NCBI GenBank assembly: GCA_944386175.1
Contig: CALXAB010000001.1
Span: 47,645 to 111,644 of the forward strand
DNA length: 64,000 bases
Origin: an uncultured Clostridia bacterium
GTDB lineage: Bacteria > Bacillota > Clostridia > TANB77 > CAG-508
Direction of reading: 5' to 3'
Of this stretch, positions 1 through 9,553 are shown piece after piece; the stretch's first letter is position 1, and each line of letters starts with the position of its first letter. The position numbers and the translations under genes were made by a program. The notes below the pieces were generated by a model. It worked only from the letters and a program-made list of their open reading frames with translations, did no database searches and was not told the origin of the DNA.

Positions 1-113
1 AATTCCAAAGATTGTTTCTATTATGTATCCAAAGAAACTATAAATAATAAAATAGAAAAATATTTTCCATATGCTGTTTCCTAATATTGTTTTTTCTTTT
101 TTAGTTTCCATAT
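1..113 (-). CDS. 5' end of a membrane protein gene running off the window (N-term METKKEKTILGNSIWKIFFYFIIYSFFGY)
   Basis: Found by reading the reverse complement by hand. RBS gaggggaat precedes the ATG at 113. Hydrophobic N-terminus. Truncated by the window edge. Confidence 0.3.
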
Positions 114-199
114 TCCCCTCATTTCTTTTTTAGATTATATTATATTTAAAATGTAATGACAAGATATTATTATTAAATATTTTATAAAAAATTATTTTG

Positions 200-235
200 C
201 GAAAAACTTTATTTACATAATATCATATTATATAT
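200..235 (+). promoter_or_regulatory. Candidate sigma-K-type promoter upstream of dpaB (AC at 206-207, 16-nt spacer, CATATTATA at 224-232)
   Basis: Matches the sigK consensus -35 AC / -10 CATAnnnTA. spoVF is sigK-dependent in Bacillus. Identified by eye only. Confidence 0.3.
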
Positions 236-264
236 AAAGGTTGATTGAAAGGAGGAATGTATTC

Positions 265-843
265 TTGGACTTAAAAGGAAAAAAAATAGGATTTGTACTT
301 ACTGGCTCGTTTTGCACATTTCAAAAAGTAATACCTAAAATGAAAGAATTAAAAAAATTAGAAGCGGAAATAATTCCAATTATGTCCTATAACAGTTATA
401 CTTTAGACACAAAATTTGGTAAAGCTAAAGATTTTATACAAGAAATCGAAAATATTAGTGAAAATGAAATAATTCATACAATACAAGGAGCTGAACCAAT
501 TGGTCCTAAAAAAATGACTGACATAATGATTATTGCTCCATGTTCTGGAAATACTATGGCAAAATTGGCTTGTGATATAATAGATACTCCAGCGGTAATG
601 GCTGCTAAGTCTCATTTAAGAAATGAAAGACCATTAGTAATTGCACCTTCTACTAATAATGGTCTAAGTGGAAATGCTGAAAATATAGGTAAATTATTAA
701 ATAGAAGAAATTATTATTTTGTGCCTTTCAGGCAAGATAACCCAATTACTAAACCTAGGTCTATAGTTTTTGATTCAGAATATATAATTAGAACTATAGA
801 GAGTGCTTTAAATGGAGAACAAATTAGTCCTATATTATTATAA
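265..843 (+). CDS. dpaB: Dipicolinate synthase subunit B (flavoprotein, SpoVFB/DpaB)
   Basis: About 195-200 aa flavoprotein. The motifs KKIGFVLTGSFCTF, MIIAPCSGNTMAKLA and VIAPSTNN are typical of the DpaB/HFCD flavoprotein family. The likely start is the TTG at 265, 9 nt after the aggagg RBS; the ORF track's 241 start is a less likely TTG. No dpaA lies upstream in the window. Confidence 0.75.
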   Translation: MDLKGKKIGFVLTGSFCTFQKVIPKMKELKKLEAEIIPIMSYNSYTLDTKFGKAKDFIQEIENISENEIIHTIQGAEPIGPKKMTDIMIIAPCSGNTMAKLACDIIDTPAVMAAKSHLRNERPLVIAPSTNNGLSGNAENIGKLLNRRNYYFVPFRQDNPITKPRSIVFDSEYIIRTIESALNGEQISPILL

Positions 844-891
844 AATCTGTGCCAATTTTACGAAAATCAAAATTGTGTGCAATGGATTTTC

Positions 892-927
892 TCTATTAGG
901 AAAAGTCAGCATGACTTTCCTAATAGA
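892..927. terminator. Bidirectional rho-independent terminator hairpin between convergent dpaB and the GH25 gene
   Basis: Near-perfect 16-bp inverted repeat TCTATTAGGAAAAGTCA-gc-TGACTTTCCTAATAGA in the 100-bp gap between the convergent genes. Confidence 0.55.
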
Positions 928-941
928 TATCAAATCATTTA

Positions 942-2198
942 TTAAATTTGTAATAACTGTCCTGGATAGATTATATTAGGATTTTGAATCCCATTTATTC
1001 TAACCAAATAATTTACTGAAACTCCATATCTCCTTGCTATTGATGTTAAGGTATCTCCTCTTTTTACTACATATGTACTACTAATATTTTGTATAGGATT
1101 TAAATCCTGTATATTACTTTCTGTTATTCTAAGTTTTTGACCTGGATAAATTAAATTTGGGTTTTGTATGTTGTTTAATTCTACAATATGATTTACTGTT
1201 ACATTGTATGATTGTGCAATTCCTGACAATGTATTACCTCTTTGTACTGTATAAATTATATCGCCTGTACCTCTTGTTTCTTCTCCTCTAACTGTTGAAT
1301 TAGTTAATATTCTGATGGTTTGACCTGGAAAAATTAAATTTGGATTTTGTATATTGTTTATATTAGCAACCTCTTGGACAGTTGTTCCATATTTTCTTGC
1401 TATTTCCCATAATGTTTCTCCTCTTTTTATTGTATAATTTATAGTTTTAGTATTTGTTATTTCCTTTGGATTTTCTATTACAGGTATTTCTGAAACTTCA
1501 TCTAAAAATATTTCTTCTGAATATTTATCCATATCTACAAATCCATTTATTCCGCGTACTCTACCTCTATCTGAATATTGAATTCCTAAAAATTTTTCCC
1601 AGTTTGTTTGAATATTTTCTAGCTCTCTATAATCTCCATAATATGCAAGCCATAATCCATAATTTTCTGATAATTCTCTTCCAAATAAATTTTGTGCATT
1701 ACTTAGATCACTATACAAAATAACTTCTTTATTTGTTAGTCTTTTTGTAGTTTCTAAAAATACCTCTGCAATTTGGTTTATTTCTTCCACTCCTACTCCA
1801 CCAAATACTTCATAGTCTAATACTAATTTACAATCTGGAGCTTTATTAGCTATTACAGAAACAAAAAACCTCGCTTCTTCTATAGCTTGTTCTGTATTTG
1901 TCGCAGTTAAAAAATGATAAAATCCTACTTTTAGTCCATTAGCTTTTGCATTTTCATAGTTTATATCAAAATATGCATCTTTTATATTTGAACCTTGGCT
2001 TGCTTTTATATATACAACATCTACACCATCACTTTTTACTCCTTCATAATCTATGTATCCTTGCCAGTTACTAACATCAATTCCTTGATATTCTAAAGTT
2101 GATATTGGAGTTATTGCATATACAAAATTAGTATTCATGAATAATATGACTGTAATAATTACTAGAAAATTTAAAATAATACTTATTTTTTTCCTCAT
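942..2198 (-). CDS. Secreted GH25 muramidase (lysozyme) with three C-terminal LysM peptidoglycan-binding repeats
   Basis: N-terminal signal peptide. The GH25 signature GIDVSNWQG...[11 protein letters not shown]. Three repeats of about 44 aa each with the YxVxxGDTLxxIAxxYG...PGQxLxI pattern of LysM. Confidence 0.85.
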   Translation of the reverse strand: MRKKISIILNFLVIITVILFMNTNFVYAITPISTLEYQGIDVSNWQGYIDYEGVKSDGVDVVYIKASQGSNIKDAYFDINYENAKANGLKVGFYHFLTATNTEQAIEEARFFVSVIANKAPDCKLVLDYEVFGGVGVEEINQIAEVFLETTKRLTNKEVILYSDLSNAQNLFGRELSENYGLWLAYYGDYRELENIQTNWEKFLGIQYSDRGRVRGINGFVDMDKYSEEIFLDEVSEIPVIENPKEITNTKTINYTIKRGETLWEIARKYGTTVQEVANINNIQNPNLIFPGQTIRILTNSTVRGEETRGTGDIIYTVQRGNTLSGIAQSYNVTVNHIVELNNIQNPNLIYPGQKLRITESNIQDLNPIQNISSTYVVKRGDTLTSIARRYGVSVNYLVRINGIQNPNIIYPGQLLQI

Positions 2199-2365
2199 AA
2201 AAAACCTCCATTACACATATTTAATTTATTATATGTAATAAAGGTTTTAGTGTTAATTTGCTGTATTAGTATTTGTAATATTTCATCAAATAAATCAATA
2301 CTATTTTTAGTTAAATTAATAGTTCTTTTTTTACTCATTTTATAATAATATTTAATGGTGATATT

Positions 2366-3877
2366 TTGAGAAAAGCTAAAGTTTTATTAATAAATGGATC
2401 AATACTTACAATATCAGCGCTTTTTATGCGTTTTGTTGGATTAGGTTTTAATGTTTATTTATCTAATAAATTAGGTGCTGAAACAATTGGAATTTTTACA
2501 TTAATTATGTCTGTTTATTTATTTTTCGTAACTATTGCTACTTCTGGCATTAGCATGGCTACTACTTGTATTGTGTCAGAAGAATTAGAAAAAAATAATA
2601 AACAAACAGCTTTTCAAAGTCTAAGAACTTCAATGAGTTTAAGCCTAACACTAGGTATAATCTCAGGTATTTTAATAATGCTTTTTTCCGATTTTATTAT
2701 TTCAGTTTGTTTAAATAATTTAGTTAGTAAAAAAATACTTTTCTATATAGCTATTGGGCTTCCTTTTATTGCTATGTCATCTTGCATTAATGGATATTTT
2801 TCTGCTATTAGAAAAGCTTATAAAACAGCTTTTGTGCAAAGTTTTGAACTTGTTTTTAAAATTATTGTAACAATAATTTTATTACCAAAATCTATTTCAA
2901 AAGGTGTTGAAGATATTTGTATTTCTTTAATTTTAGCTGATGTTATTGCTGAGATTGCTTCTTTTACTGTTATATATATTTGCTATTTATATGAAAAAAA
3001 TCGCTATTTTTCTTTTAGAAGTAGCTATGGCAATTTTAGAAGAATTGCTAAACTGTCTGTACCTGTTGCTTTGACTTCATATATACGTTCTGCTTTATCT
3101 ACAATAAAACAATTAATAATACCTACAAGACTTGAAAAATCTGGTCTTTCTTCTTCAATGTCTTTTGCTAGCTATGGAATTATCCAAGGTATGGTAATGC
3201 CTATTTTAGTTTTTCCTAATATATTTATAACTTCATTTAGTAATTTACTTATACCTGAATTTTCTAGATTTCATGCTACTAGCTCTAATAATAGATTGTC
3301 CATTATATGTGATAAAATATTTAAATTAACTTCTGTTTTTTCTATATGCGTATCTTTCATCTTCCTATTATTTGCAAATGAACTAAGTTTAGCAATATAT
3401 CAGAATTTAGAAAGTGCTACATGGATTAGGTTTTTATCACCTTTAGTATTTTTTATGTATATGGATACTGTAATAGACGGCGTTTTAAAAGGTATGCAAA
3501 AACAAGTTTTTGTTATGTTTGGAAATATTACAGATTTAATTGTTACTATTATTTTATTATACTTCTTACTACCTGTATTAGGCATTTGGGGATTCATCGT
3601 GTCTATCATAGTTAGTGAATTGTTGAATTTTACTATAAGTTTTATACAATTATGGAAACTTATAAAATTTAAAATAGATTTTAAAAATTATCTTTTAAAA
3701 CCTATTTTTGCTGGATTATTTAGTTACTTTATATTACATATATTTTCTTTAGTAAATACTAATTCTACTTTTACACTAATTATTACTATCGCATTTTTTT
3801 GTTGTTTTTATTTTATTGCATATATCTTACAAAATTTAAAGGATTTACCAATTTGGGGACGCGTCCAAAATTGGTAA
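2366..3877 (+). CDS. spoVB: Stage V sporulation protein B-like polysaccharide/lipid-II flippase (MOP/MurJ superfamily)
   Basis: 503 aa with about 14 TM helices. The N-terminus KAKVLLINGSILTISALFMRFVGLGFNVYLSNKLGAETIGIF is typical of SpoVB. It sits in a sporulation context, convergent with spoIIIAH. Confidence 0.7.
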   Translation: MRKAKVLLINGSILTISALFMRFVGLGFNVYLSNKLGAETIGIFTLIMSVYLFFVTIATSGISMATTCIVSEELEKNNKQTAFQSLRTSMSLSLTLGIISGILIMLFSDFIISVCLNNLVSKKILFYIAIGLPFIAMSSCINGYFSAIRKAYKTAFVQSFELVFKIIVTIILLPKSISKGVEDICISLILADVIAEIASFTVIYICYLYEKNRYFSFRSSYGNFRRIAKLSVPVALTSYIRSALSTIKQLIIPTRLEKSGLSSSMSFASYGIIQGMVMPILVFPNIFITSFSNLLIPEFSRFHATSSNNRLSIICDKIFKLTSVFSICVSFIFLLFANELSLAIYQNLESATWIRFLSPLVFFMYMDTVIDGVLKGMQKQVFVMFGNITDLIVTIILLYFLLPVLGIWGFIVSIIVSELLNFTISFIQLWKLIKFKIDFKNYLLKPIFAGLFSYFILHIFSLVNTNSTFTLIITIAFFCCFYFIAYILQNLKDLPIWGRVQNW

Positions 3878-4612
3878 TTATTTAGTAGCTATATGTATAT
3901 TTTCAATTGCTGCCTTCATTTCTCTTGAAATAATATTTTGAATTTGTGCAACTTCTTCTTGTTTTAATTCTTCTGCTTCAATTATTACACTTATACTATC
4001 TCCATTTACAAATACAATGTTATTTGAAAATCCCTTTGTTGTTATTAAATTTTCACAAATCATTATACTATTTTTAGTTTCATTTATTTTTGTTATTTCT
4101 TGTGTAGCTGTTTGTTTCTGAGTTTCTAATGAATTACTACTATTTAATACATTTTCATATGTTTCTATCATTTGTGAATACATTGTGTCTCTTTCTAATT
4201 TTGATTTTACAAAATAGTCATTATCATTATTATTTTGTTGAGTAGTACTTGTATTTATAGTTGTTTCATTTGTAGTTGAATTAGTATTTCCATCTGTATT
4301 TATAGTATTTTGATTCAATTGTGTGTTTTCTGTTAGAGCTGTTTCATTCGTACTATTTGATATTGTGTTTGTTTCTTCTTTTGATACTACATCATTACTA
4401 CTTACTAATTGTGCATCTCCTATATCCGCTAACTGTGTATCATCATTTGATTCCATTTGCATACTTGTTTCTAAATCTGTATTTTTTGTGTTTGTTGTAT
4501 AATTTAAATATCCTGCTGTAACTAACATTAAAGCTATAATATAAATAATAACTTGATTCTTTTTTAATATTTTTTTCATAGGCTTTCTCCTTAAAATATA
4601 TTTTTTGTTCAC
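3878..4612 (-). CDS. spoIIIAH: Stage III sporulation protein AH
   Basis: Last gene of the spoIIIA operon. N-terminal TM anchor, a polar low-complexity linker and a C-terminal YscJ/FliF-like domain (VFVNGDSISVIIEAEEL). Confidence 0.75.
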   Translation of the reverse strand: MNKKYILRRKPMKKILKKNQVIIYIIALMLVTAGYLNYTTNTKNTDLETSMQMESNDDTQLADIGDAQLVSSNDVVSKEETNTISNSTNETALTENTQLNQNTINTDGNTNSTTNETTINTSTTQQNNNDNDYFVKSKLERDTMYSQMIETYENVLNSSNSLETQKQTATQEITKINETKNSIMICENLITTKGFSNNIVFVNGDSISVIIEAEELKQEEVAQIQNIISREMKAAIENIHIATK

Positions 4613-4684
4613 TTACATATATAGAATTTGTTCATAAAATTTTTTTTTCTTAAATGAATTCTTATTTTTATTTTGTTTTTAATA

Positions 4685-5323
4685 TTAATTCATTTCAAAA
4701 ACTTGAATTTTATGTGTGGCAAGTCCTGTTACTGCTTCAACAGCCTGGATAATGCTTGTTTTTACTGTTGCGTCATTTGCTCCTTTTGCAGTAACTATTG
4801 CACCTTCAACTTTTGGCTGGACTATTTTTTGGGTTATGGGTGTTTTTTCTCCATTTTCTTCTTGATATATTACTTCTTTTTGTGAATCTGTTTCTTGAAT
4901 TTTCCTTGTCCCCCCTGATGTATCACTTTCTTCTGTGTTACTTACTTTTGAATTTTCATTATACATCGGTACTATTTCGTTTGATTCAGAATAATTTATA
5001 AAAACTTGTACATCTCCTACCCCTTTTATTTTTGTAAGTATTTGTTCTAGGCTTTCTTTTAGATTGCTATTAGTAGTGTTCTGTATATTATCATTCATGT
5101 TTATAGTATTATTAGTGTTATTTGATGCTAATTGTTTTGTAGATGTATTGTTAGTATTTTTACTGGTGTTTTTATTTCCATTCCATATTATATTTATTGC
5201 TACAATTGTTATTATAAGTATTATTAAAAATACAACTAAATTTTCAATTTTTCTTTTATTATTTCCTTCTTTTCCTTCCCCTTCTTCTTTGTTAAAGACG
5301 TTTTTTAATTTATCTCTAAACAT
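4685..5323 (-). CDS. spoIIIAG: Stage III sporulation protein AG
   Basis: Position in the operon. N-terminal TM. C-terminal ring-building motif domain (EGAIVTAKGANDATVKTSIIQAVEAVTGLATHKIQVF). Confidence 0.75.
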   Translation of the reverse strand: MFRDKLKNVFNKEEGEGKEGNNKRKIENLVVFLIILIITIVAINIIWNGNKNTSKNTNNTSTKQLASNNTNNTINMNDNIQNTTNSNLKESLEQILTKIKGVGDVQVFINYSESNEIVPMYNENSKVSNTEESDTSGGTRKIQETDSQKEVIYQEENGEKTPITQKIVQPKVEGAIVTAKGANDATVKTSIIQAVEAVTGLATHKIQVFEMN

Positions 5324-5955
5324 TTTTCACTCACCCCATATTCTTCTATTAAAAATTTTTTTATATTTTGAATATCTGCATTGGTAATTTTTATTGTATT
5401 TTCACTATTATTCGTTGTTTCATTATTATTTGTACTTTTACCATTATTTTCTGTTTTAGTTTCTATTGGTTTTATTTTTTGGACTTCTACAACTATTTTA
5501 TCTTCTATTGTATTATCTTGTTCTTTTTCGTTTTTCTGATTGTTTTCTCCTTTTTTTACATTTAATTTGATTTTTGTTATTTTTGTTTCTTCTTCTTCAT
5601 TTCCTATTTTAGCTTCTACATCACATTCTGTTACATCATATCCTTTTTCTTGCATTTTATTTTTTATATCTTTTTCTAATTCTTCTGAATATAATTGTAT
5701 TATTCTTTTATCCATAGAAGTTTGATCTACAGGTGTTGCTTGTGTTGTTTTATAATTTTCTAAATCTATATTTCCTATGTCCAATATTTCCTTATTCTTT
5801 ATGAATGGTGATATTATACTAAATAATATATATATTCCCATTATCATTCTTATATATTTTTTTGTTTTATTATTTGGTAACAACATTTCTAAAATAGACA
5901 CTATAACTATGGCTACTCCTAAACTTTTTGCCCATGAACTTAAAAATTCTACCAT
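5305..5955 (-). CDS. spoIIIAF: Stage III sporulation protein AF
   Basis: Position in the operon. Two N-terminal TM helices and a charged C-terminal domain. Size 216 aa versus 206 aa in B. subtilis. Confidence 0.7.
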   Translation of the reverse strand: MVEFLSSWAKSLGVAIVIVSILEMLLPNNKTKKYIRMIMGIYILFSIISPFIKNKEILDIGNIDLENYKTTQATPVDQTSMDKRIIQLYSEELEKDIKNKMQEKGYDVTECDVEAKIGNEEEETKITKIKLNVKKGENNQKNEKEQDNTIEDKIVVEVQKIKPIETKTENNGKSTNNNETTNNSENTIKITNADIQNIKKFLIEEYGVSEKCLEIN

Positions 5956-5964
5956 TTTCTCTCC

Positions 5965-7137
5965 TTATCTATACATCATCCCTGTATTTGATATTTTTAA
6001 TACTAAGGCTGTTCCAATTATTAACAATACAGAAAGTGAGCATAATATTGCAAGAAAGATTTTAAATATATCTCCTATTTGTTCTAGTAAATCAACTATC
6101 TTGCTATCCGCTATTGGTTCTGTTACGGCCGACAGAATTTTGTATGCTATAGTAAGGATTGTAAGTTTTAATATTGGTATTATACATATCCCAACTACAA
6201 TAATTACTCCTACAAATCCAACTGCATTTTTTAATATTATTCCACATCCTAAAACTGTATCCACTGCGTCTCCTAATATTTTTCCTACTACAGGTATTGC
6301 TGAACTTACTACTGCTTTTGTAGTCTTAGCCGTTATTCCATCAACACTACTTGATAGAGTTCCCTCTAATGAAACCATTGCTACAAATACTGTTAATATA
6401 ATTCCTAGAAACCACACTATTCCTGATTTTAAAAATTTTGCAATTTTTCCTATTTGTACTTTATCAGATATTTTTGAAATTATTACTAAACTTACAACAA
6501 CTAGAACTAATGGTATTAAGATTGTTTGTATTATATTTCCTATAAAGTTTATTAGAAATAATGTTATTGGTTCTAATATTGTAGTTGTAGCTATACTTCC
6601 TGTATATATCATTAAAGTCATTAATAGTGGGACTAAAATATTCATAAATCCTACTAAATTATTGCTTGTATCTTGTACAATTTTTACTATGTCAGAAAAA
6701 TTGGACATTATTATTGTTATTATTAATATGTATTGAACATAATATATTATTTTTGATATATTATCATTTTCTAAGCCATCACTTATGGATTTTAATATAC
6801 TATGTATAATTATAATTGCTAATATTCCAGCTATTGCACCTAGTGCTGATGTGAATTCTTTTCCTAATAAATTTAATATTTTATTTATAATTGTATTGTT
6901 ATTTATCTCTCCTTTTAATGCATCTTGTAAAATTTTATTTATATCAATATCTTCAAAAAAATCTCCTGTGTATTGTTTTGACTCTTGTATAAAATTATTA
7001 ATTCCAAATTCTTCTTGTTGCTCTGTTAATGTCTGATTTTGATTATCAATTTCATTTGTATTTTCATTTGCATATATTTTTTGCATTGGAAAATTTATTA
7101 GTATTATAGTTATAAATAAACAAACTATTTTTCTCAT
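5965..7137 (-). CDS. spoIIIAE: Stage III sporulation protein AE (polytopic membrane protein)
   Basis: 390 aa with a signal sequence and multiple TM helices. Matches SpoIIIAE in size and position. Confidence 0.8.
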   Translation of the reverse strand: MRKIVCLFITIILINFPMQKIYANENTNEIDNQNQTLTEQQEEFGINNFIQESKQYTGDFFEDIDINKILQDALKGEINNNTIINKILNLLGKEFTSALGAIAGILAIIIIHSILKSISDGLENDNISKIIYYVQYILIITIIMSNFSDIVKIVQDTSNNLVGFMNILVPLLMTLMIYTGSIATTTILEPITLFLINFIGNIIQTILIPLVLVVVSLVIISKISDKVQIGKIAKFLKSGIVWFLGIILTVFVAMVSLEGTLSSSVDGITAKTTKAVVSSAIPVVGKILGDAVDTVLGCGIILKNAVGFVGVIIVVGICIIPILKLTILTIAYKILSAVTEPIADSKIVDLLEQIGDIFKIFLAILCSLSVLLIIGTALVLKISNTGMMYR

Positions 7138-7149
7138 TAGTAGCTCCTT

Positions 7150-7554
7150 TTATGGTAATATTTTTAATACTATTTCTAACAATGCTGATATTATTGGAAT
7201 AGACATAGCTATAATTATTATTTTGCTTCCTATTTCTACTTTACTTGCAATTGCTGCTTCTCCTGCATCTCTACAAATACTTACTGCAAATTCTGCTAAA
7301 AATGCTATTCCTGTAATTTTTAATAGTAATGCAAGAAATTCTGTATTTATTGACGCCTTATTTGCTATAGAATTTAATAATTGTACTATGTCTGCTAGTT
7401 TGTCTGCAATTAATAAGATAATTACTATTCCTGTTAATATACTTACATATATAGCAAATTCTGGTCTATATTGTTTTAAAATTATAATTATTATTAGAGC
7501 AATCAGAGCAATACCAATAATTTTTATAATATCCATTTTGCTTGCTCCTTTCAT
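7150..7554 (-). CDS. spoIIIAD: Stage III sporulation protein AD
   Basis: About 130 aa with four TM helices, at the expected position. The true start may be the internal MDIIKI. Confidence 0.75.
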   Translation of the reverse strand: MKGASKMDIIKIIGIALIALIIIIILKQYRPEFAIYVSILTGIVIILLIADKLADIVQLLNSIANKASINTEFLALLLKITGIAFLAEFAVSICRDAGEAAIASKVEIGSKIIIIAMSIPIISALLEIVLKILP

Positions 7555-7604
7555 ATACTGCTTTTATCTCGTATAAGAAGAATCAAAGATTGTTATTACA
7601 TTTA

Positions 7605-7799
7605 TTATAGATTAAATATTGTCCTTACTGTATCAAATAATCCACTTATTTCTTTTATTACCATTGTTAATACTATTACTAATCCAGCTAAAGTCGTCAT
7701 CATTGCTTGGTCTTCTCTTCCCGCTCTTACTAAGACTTGGTGTAATACTGCTACTAGTATTCCTATTGCCGCTATTTTGAATAATAAATTTATATCCAT
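7605..7799 (-). CDS. spoIIIAC: Stage III sporulation protein AC
   Basis: 64 aa with two TM helices, at the conserved position. Size matches SpoIIIAC (68 aa in B. subtilis). Confidence 0.75.
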   Translation of the reverse strand: MDINLLFKIAAIGILVAVLHQVLVRAGREDQAMMTTLAGLVIVLTMVIKEISGLFDTVRTIFNL

Positions 7800-7970
7800 A
7801 AACTTCTCTCCTTTGTAGGTTCTTTGTGAATTTTACTTATCATATTGACTATTTTCTTTTTGATTTTCTTTATTTTTGTTTTATATATTCTTTGATTTTT
7901 TATATTTTTGATTTACTAAATTTACATTAAAATTATTACTATTACTAAACCAATTGTTGTGCCTAATCTA

Positions 7971-8501
7971 CTATATAATTTTTCGTTTTTTACTTTTTCT
8001 TCTCCGTGCTTCTTTTATTTGACTCTCTAAGAAATTTTGTGTTATTTCTATTTGACTAACTTGTCCTTCTACATCTGTTTGTCCTAGTAATTTAGATAAG
8101 CTTTTTAATATGTTTATATCTTCTTTTTTTAAGTTTGTTTTATTTTCTTCAAGTATTTCATCTAATGTTTCTTCCCACGCAATAGTAGCTGTTAGAGTAT
8201 TCATTTTTTCTTTTGCTTTTGAAAAAATAAGACCTATATTTTTTCTTGTATTTTGTGATATTTCTTCAAATATTTCTGGTATTGGCTCATATGTAAATTT
8301 TATTTTGCTTTTGAATATGTTTAATGAATTTTGTATTTCTTCTAACTCTTCTAATCTATATACATATTTTTTTGATAAAAACTTTCCTATTAATGCTGAT
8401 ATTATAAATACTAAAAATAACATAAATATTTTTATCATTTCCATTTTTATCTCATTCCTTTCTGATGTATACTCTTTACTGGTTGTCCTTTTATATTTCA
8501 T
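7971..8501 (-). CDS. spoIIIAB: Stage III sporulation protein AB
   Basis: Membrane-anchored protein of about 170 aa directly downstream of spoIIIAA. The real start is probably the internal MEMIKIF. Confidence 0.7.
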   Translation of the reverse strand: MKYKRTTSKEYTSERNEIKMEMIKIFMLFLVFIISALIGKFLSKKYVYRLEELEEIQNSLNIFKSKIKFTYEPIPEIFEEISQNTRKNIGLIFSKAKEKMNTLTATIAWEETLDEILEENKTNLKKEDINILKSLSKLLGQTDVEGQVSQIEITQNFLESQIKEARRRKSKKRKII

Positions 8502-8534
8502 ATATATTATATTCAGTTAATATTCTTATAGAAC

Positions 8535-9404
8535 CTATAAAAATATTATTTTTTCTATTTGCTTATTTTCTATTAATTTATATATTTCTTTATTATTTTT
8601 AACATCTTCTATATTTCGTCCATGCATTGTAAAAATTCCTTTTATTCCAGCTGTTGTTGCTTCTTGTATTGCTTCTATATCTTCTTTTGAGCCTATTTCA
8701 TCACATGCTATTATCTCTGGTGCCATTGTTCTTATCAAAATTTTCATTCCTTTATATTTAGATACATTTTCTATTACATCTGTCCTCATTCCTACATCAT
8801 TTTGTGGTATTCCTTTATACATTGCTGCAATTTCTCCTCTTTCGTCTACAACTCCACATGTTTTACCTTTAAAATTCAGATTTTCCATTCCATTGCTTAG
8901 TCTTCTTATTGTATCCCTTAATATTGTGGTTTTTCCTTTTCCTGGTGGTGATACTATTAATGTTGTAAAAATTGTATGATTTTCTATATCTAGTATTTCT
9001 TTTATAATTTTATTACTACAATTTAGTATTTGTCTTGCTATTCTAAAATTTAGACTTGTTATATATTTTAAATTTATTATTTTCCCATTTTCTTCTACTG
9101 CTGTTCCTGTAATTCCTACTCTATGTCCACCTTTTACAGTTATAAAACCTTCACATATTTGATTTTTGTATGCATATATGGAATTTTCACATATTTTTTC
9201 TAAAGTTTGAAGTATTTCTCTTTGATCTACTATATGATTTATTACAACATCTTCATATCTTAATTTTAAAATTATTGGTTTTTGTACTCTTATTCGTATT
9301 TCCTCTATGTTTTCTCTTATTATTTTATTGTCTTCAAATATATTTTTTAATATATTGTATATATCTATTGGGAAATACCTTATTACTTCATATATTCCAC
9401 TCAT
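8535..9404 (-). CDS. spoIIIAA: Stage III sporulation protein AA (secretion-type ATPase)
   Basis: 289 aa with the Walker A motif VSPPGKGKTTILRD. First gene of the operon. Confidence 0.85.
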   Translation of the reverse strand: MSGIYEVIRYFPIDIYNILKNIFEDNKIIRENIEEIRIRVQKPIILKLRYEDVVINHIVDQREILQTLEKICENSIYAYKNQICEGFITVKGGHRVGITGTAVEENGKIINLKYITSLNFRIARQILNCSNKIIKEILDIENHTIFTTLIVSPPGKGKTTILRDTIRRLSNGMENLNFKGKTCGVVDERGEIAAMYKGIPQNDVGMRTDVIENVSKYKGMKILIRTMAPEIIACDEIGSKEDIEAIQEATTAGIKGIFTMHGRNIEDVKNNKEIYKLIENKQIEKIIFL

Positions 9405-9553
9405 TTTTTCTCCTATTTTTTATTTATTTTATGTTTTTTTATATAACAATTTATTTATATGATATAAATTATATTTCATCACATTTAACACAAAAAAACA
9501 TATAATATTATTTTTCATAATATTATATGTTTTAGATTTTATTTTTAGAACTA

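Noticed and set aside
5777-6736. 319-aa + strand ORF
   Set aside because: It lies entirely antisense to spoIIIAE. Its composition is low-complexity I/N/T-rich, typical of an antisense frame in AT-rich DNA, and no RBS is present.
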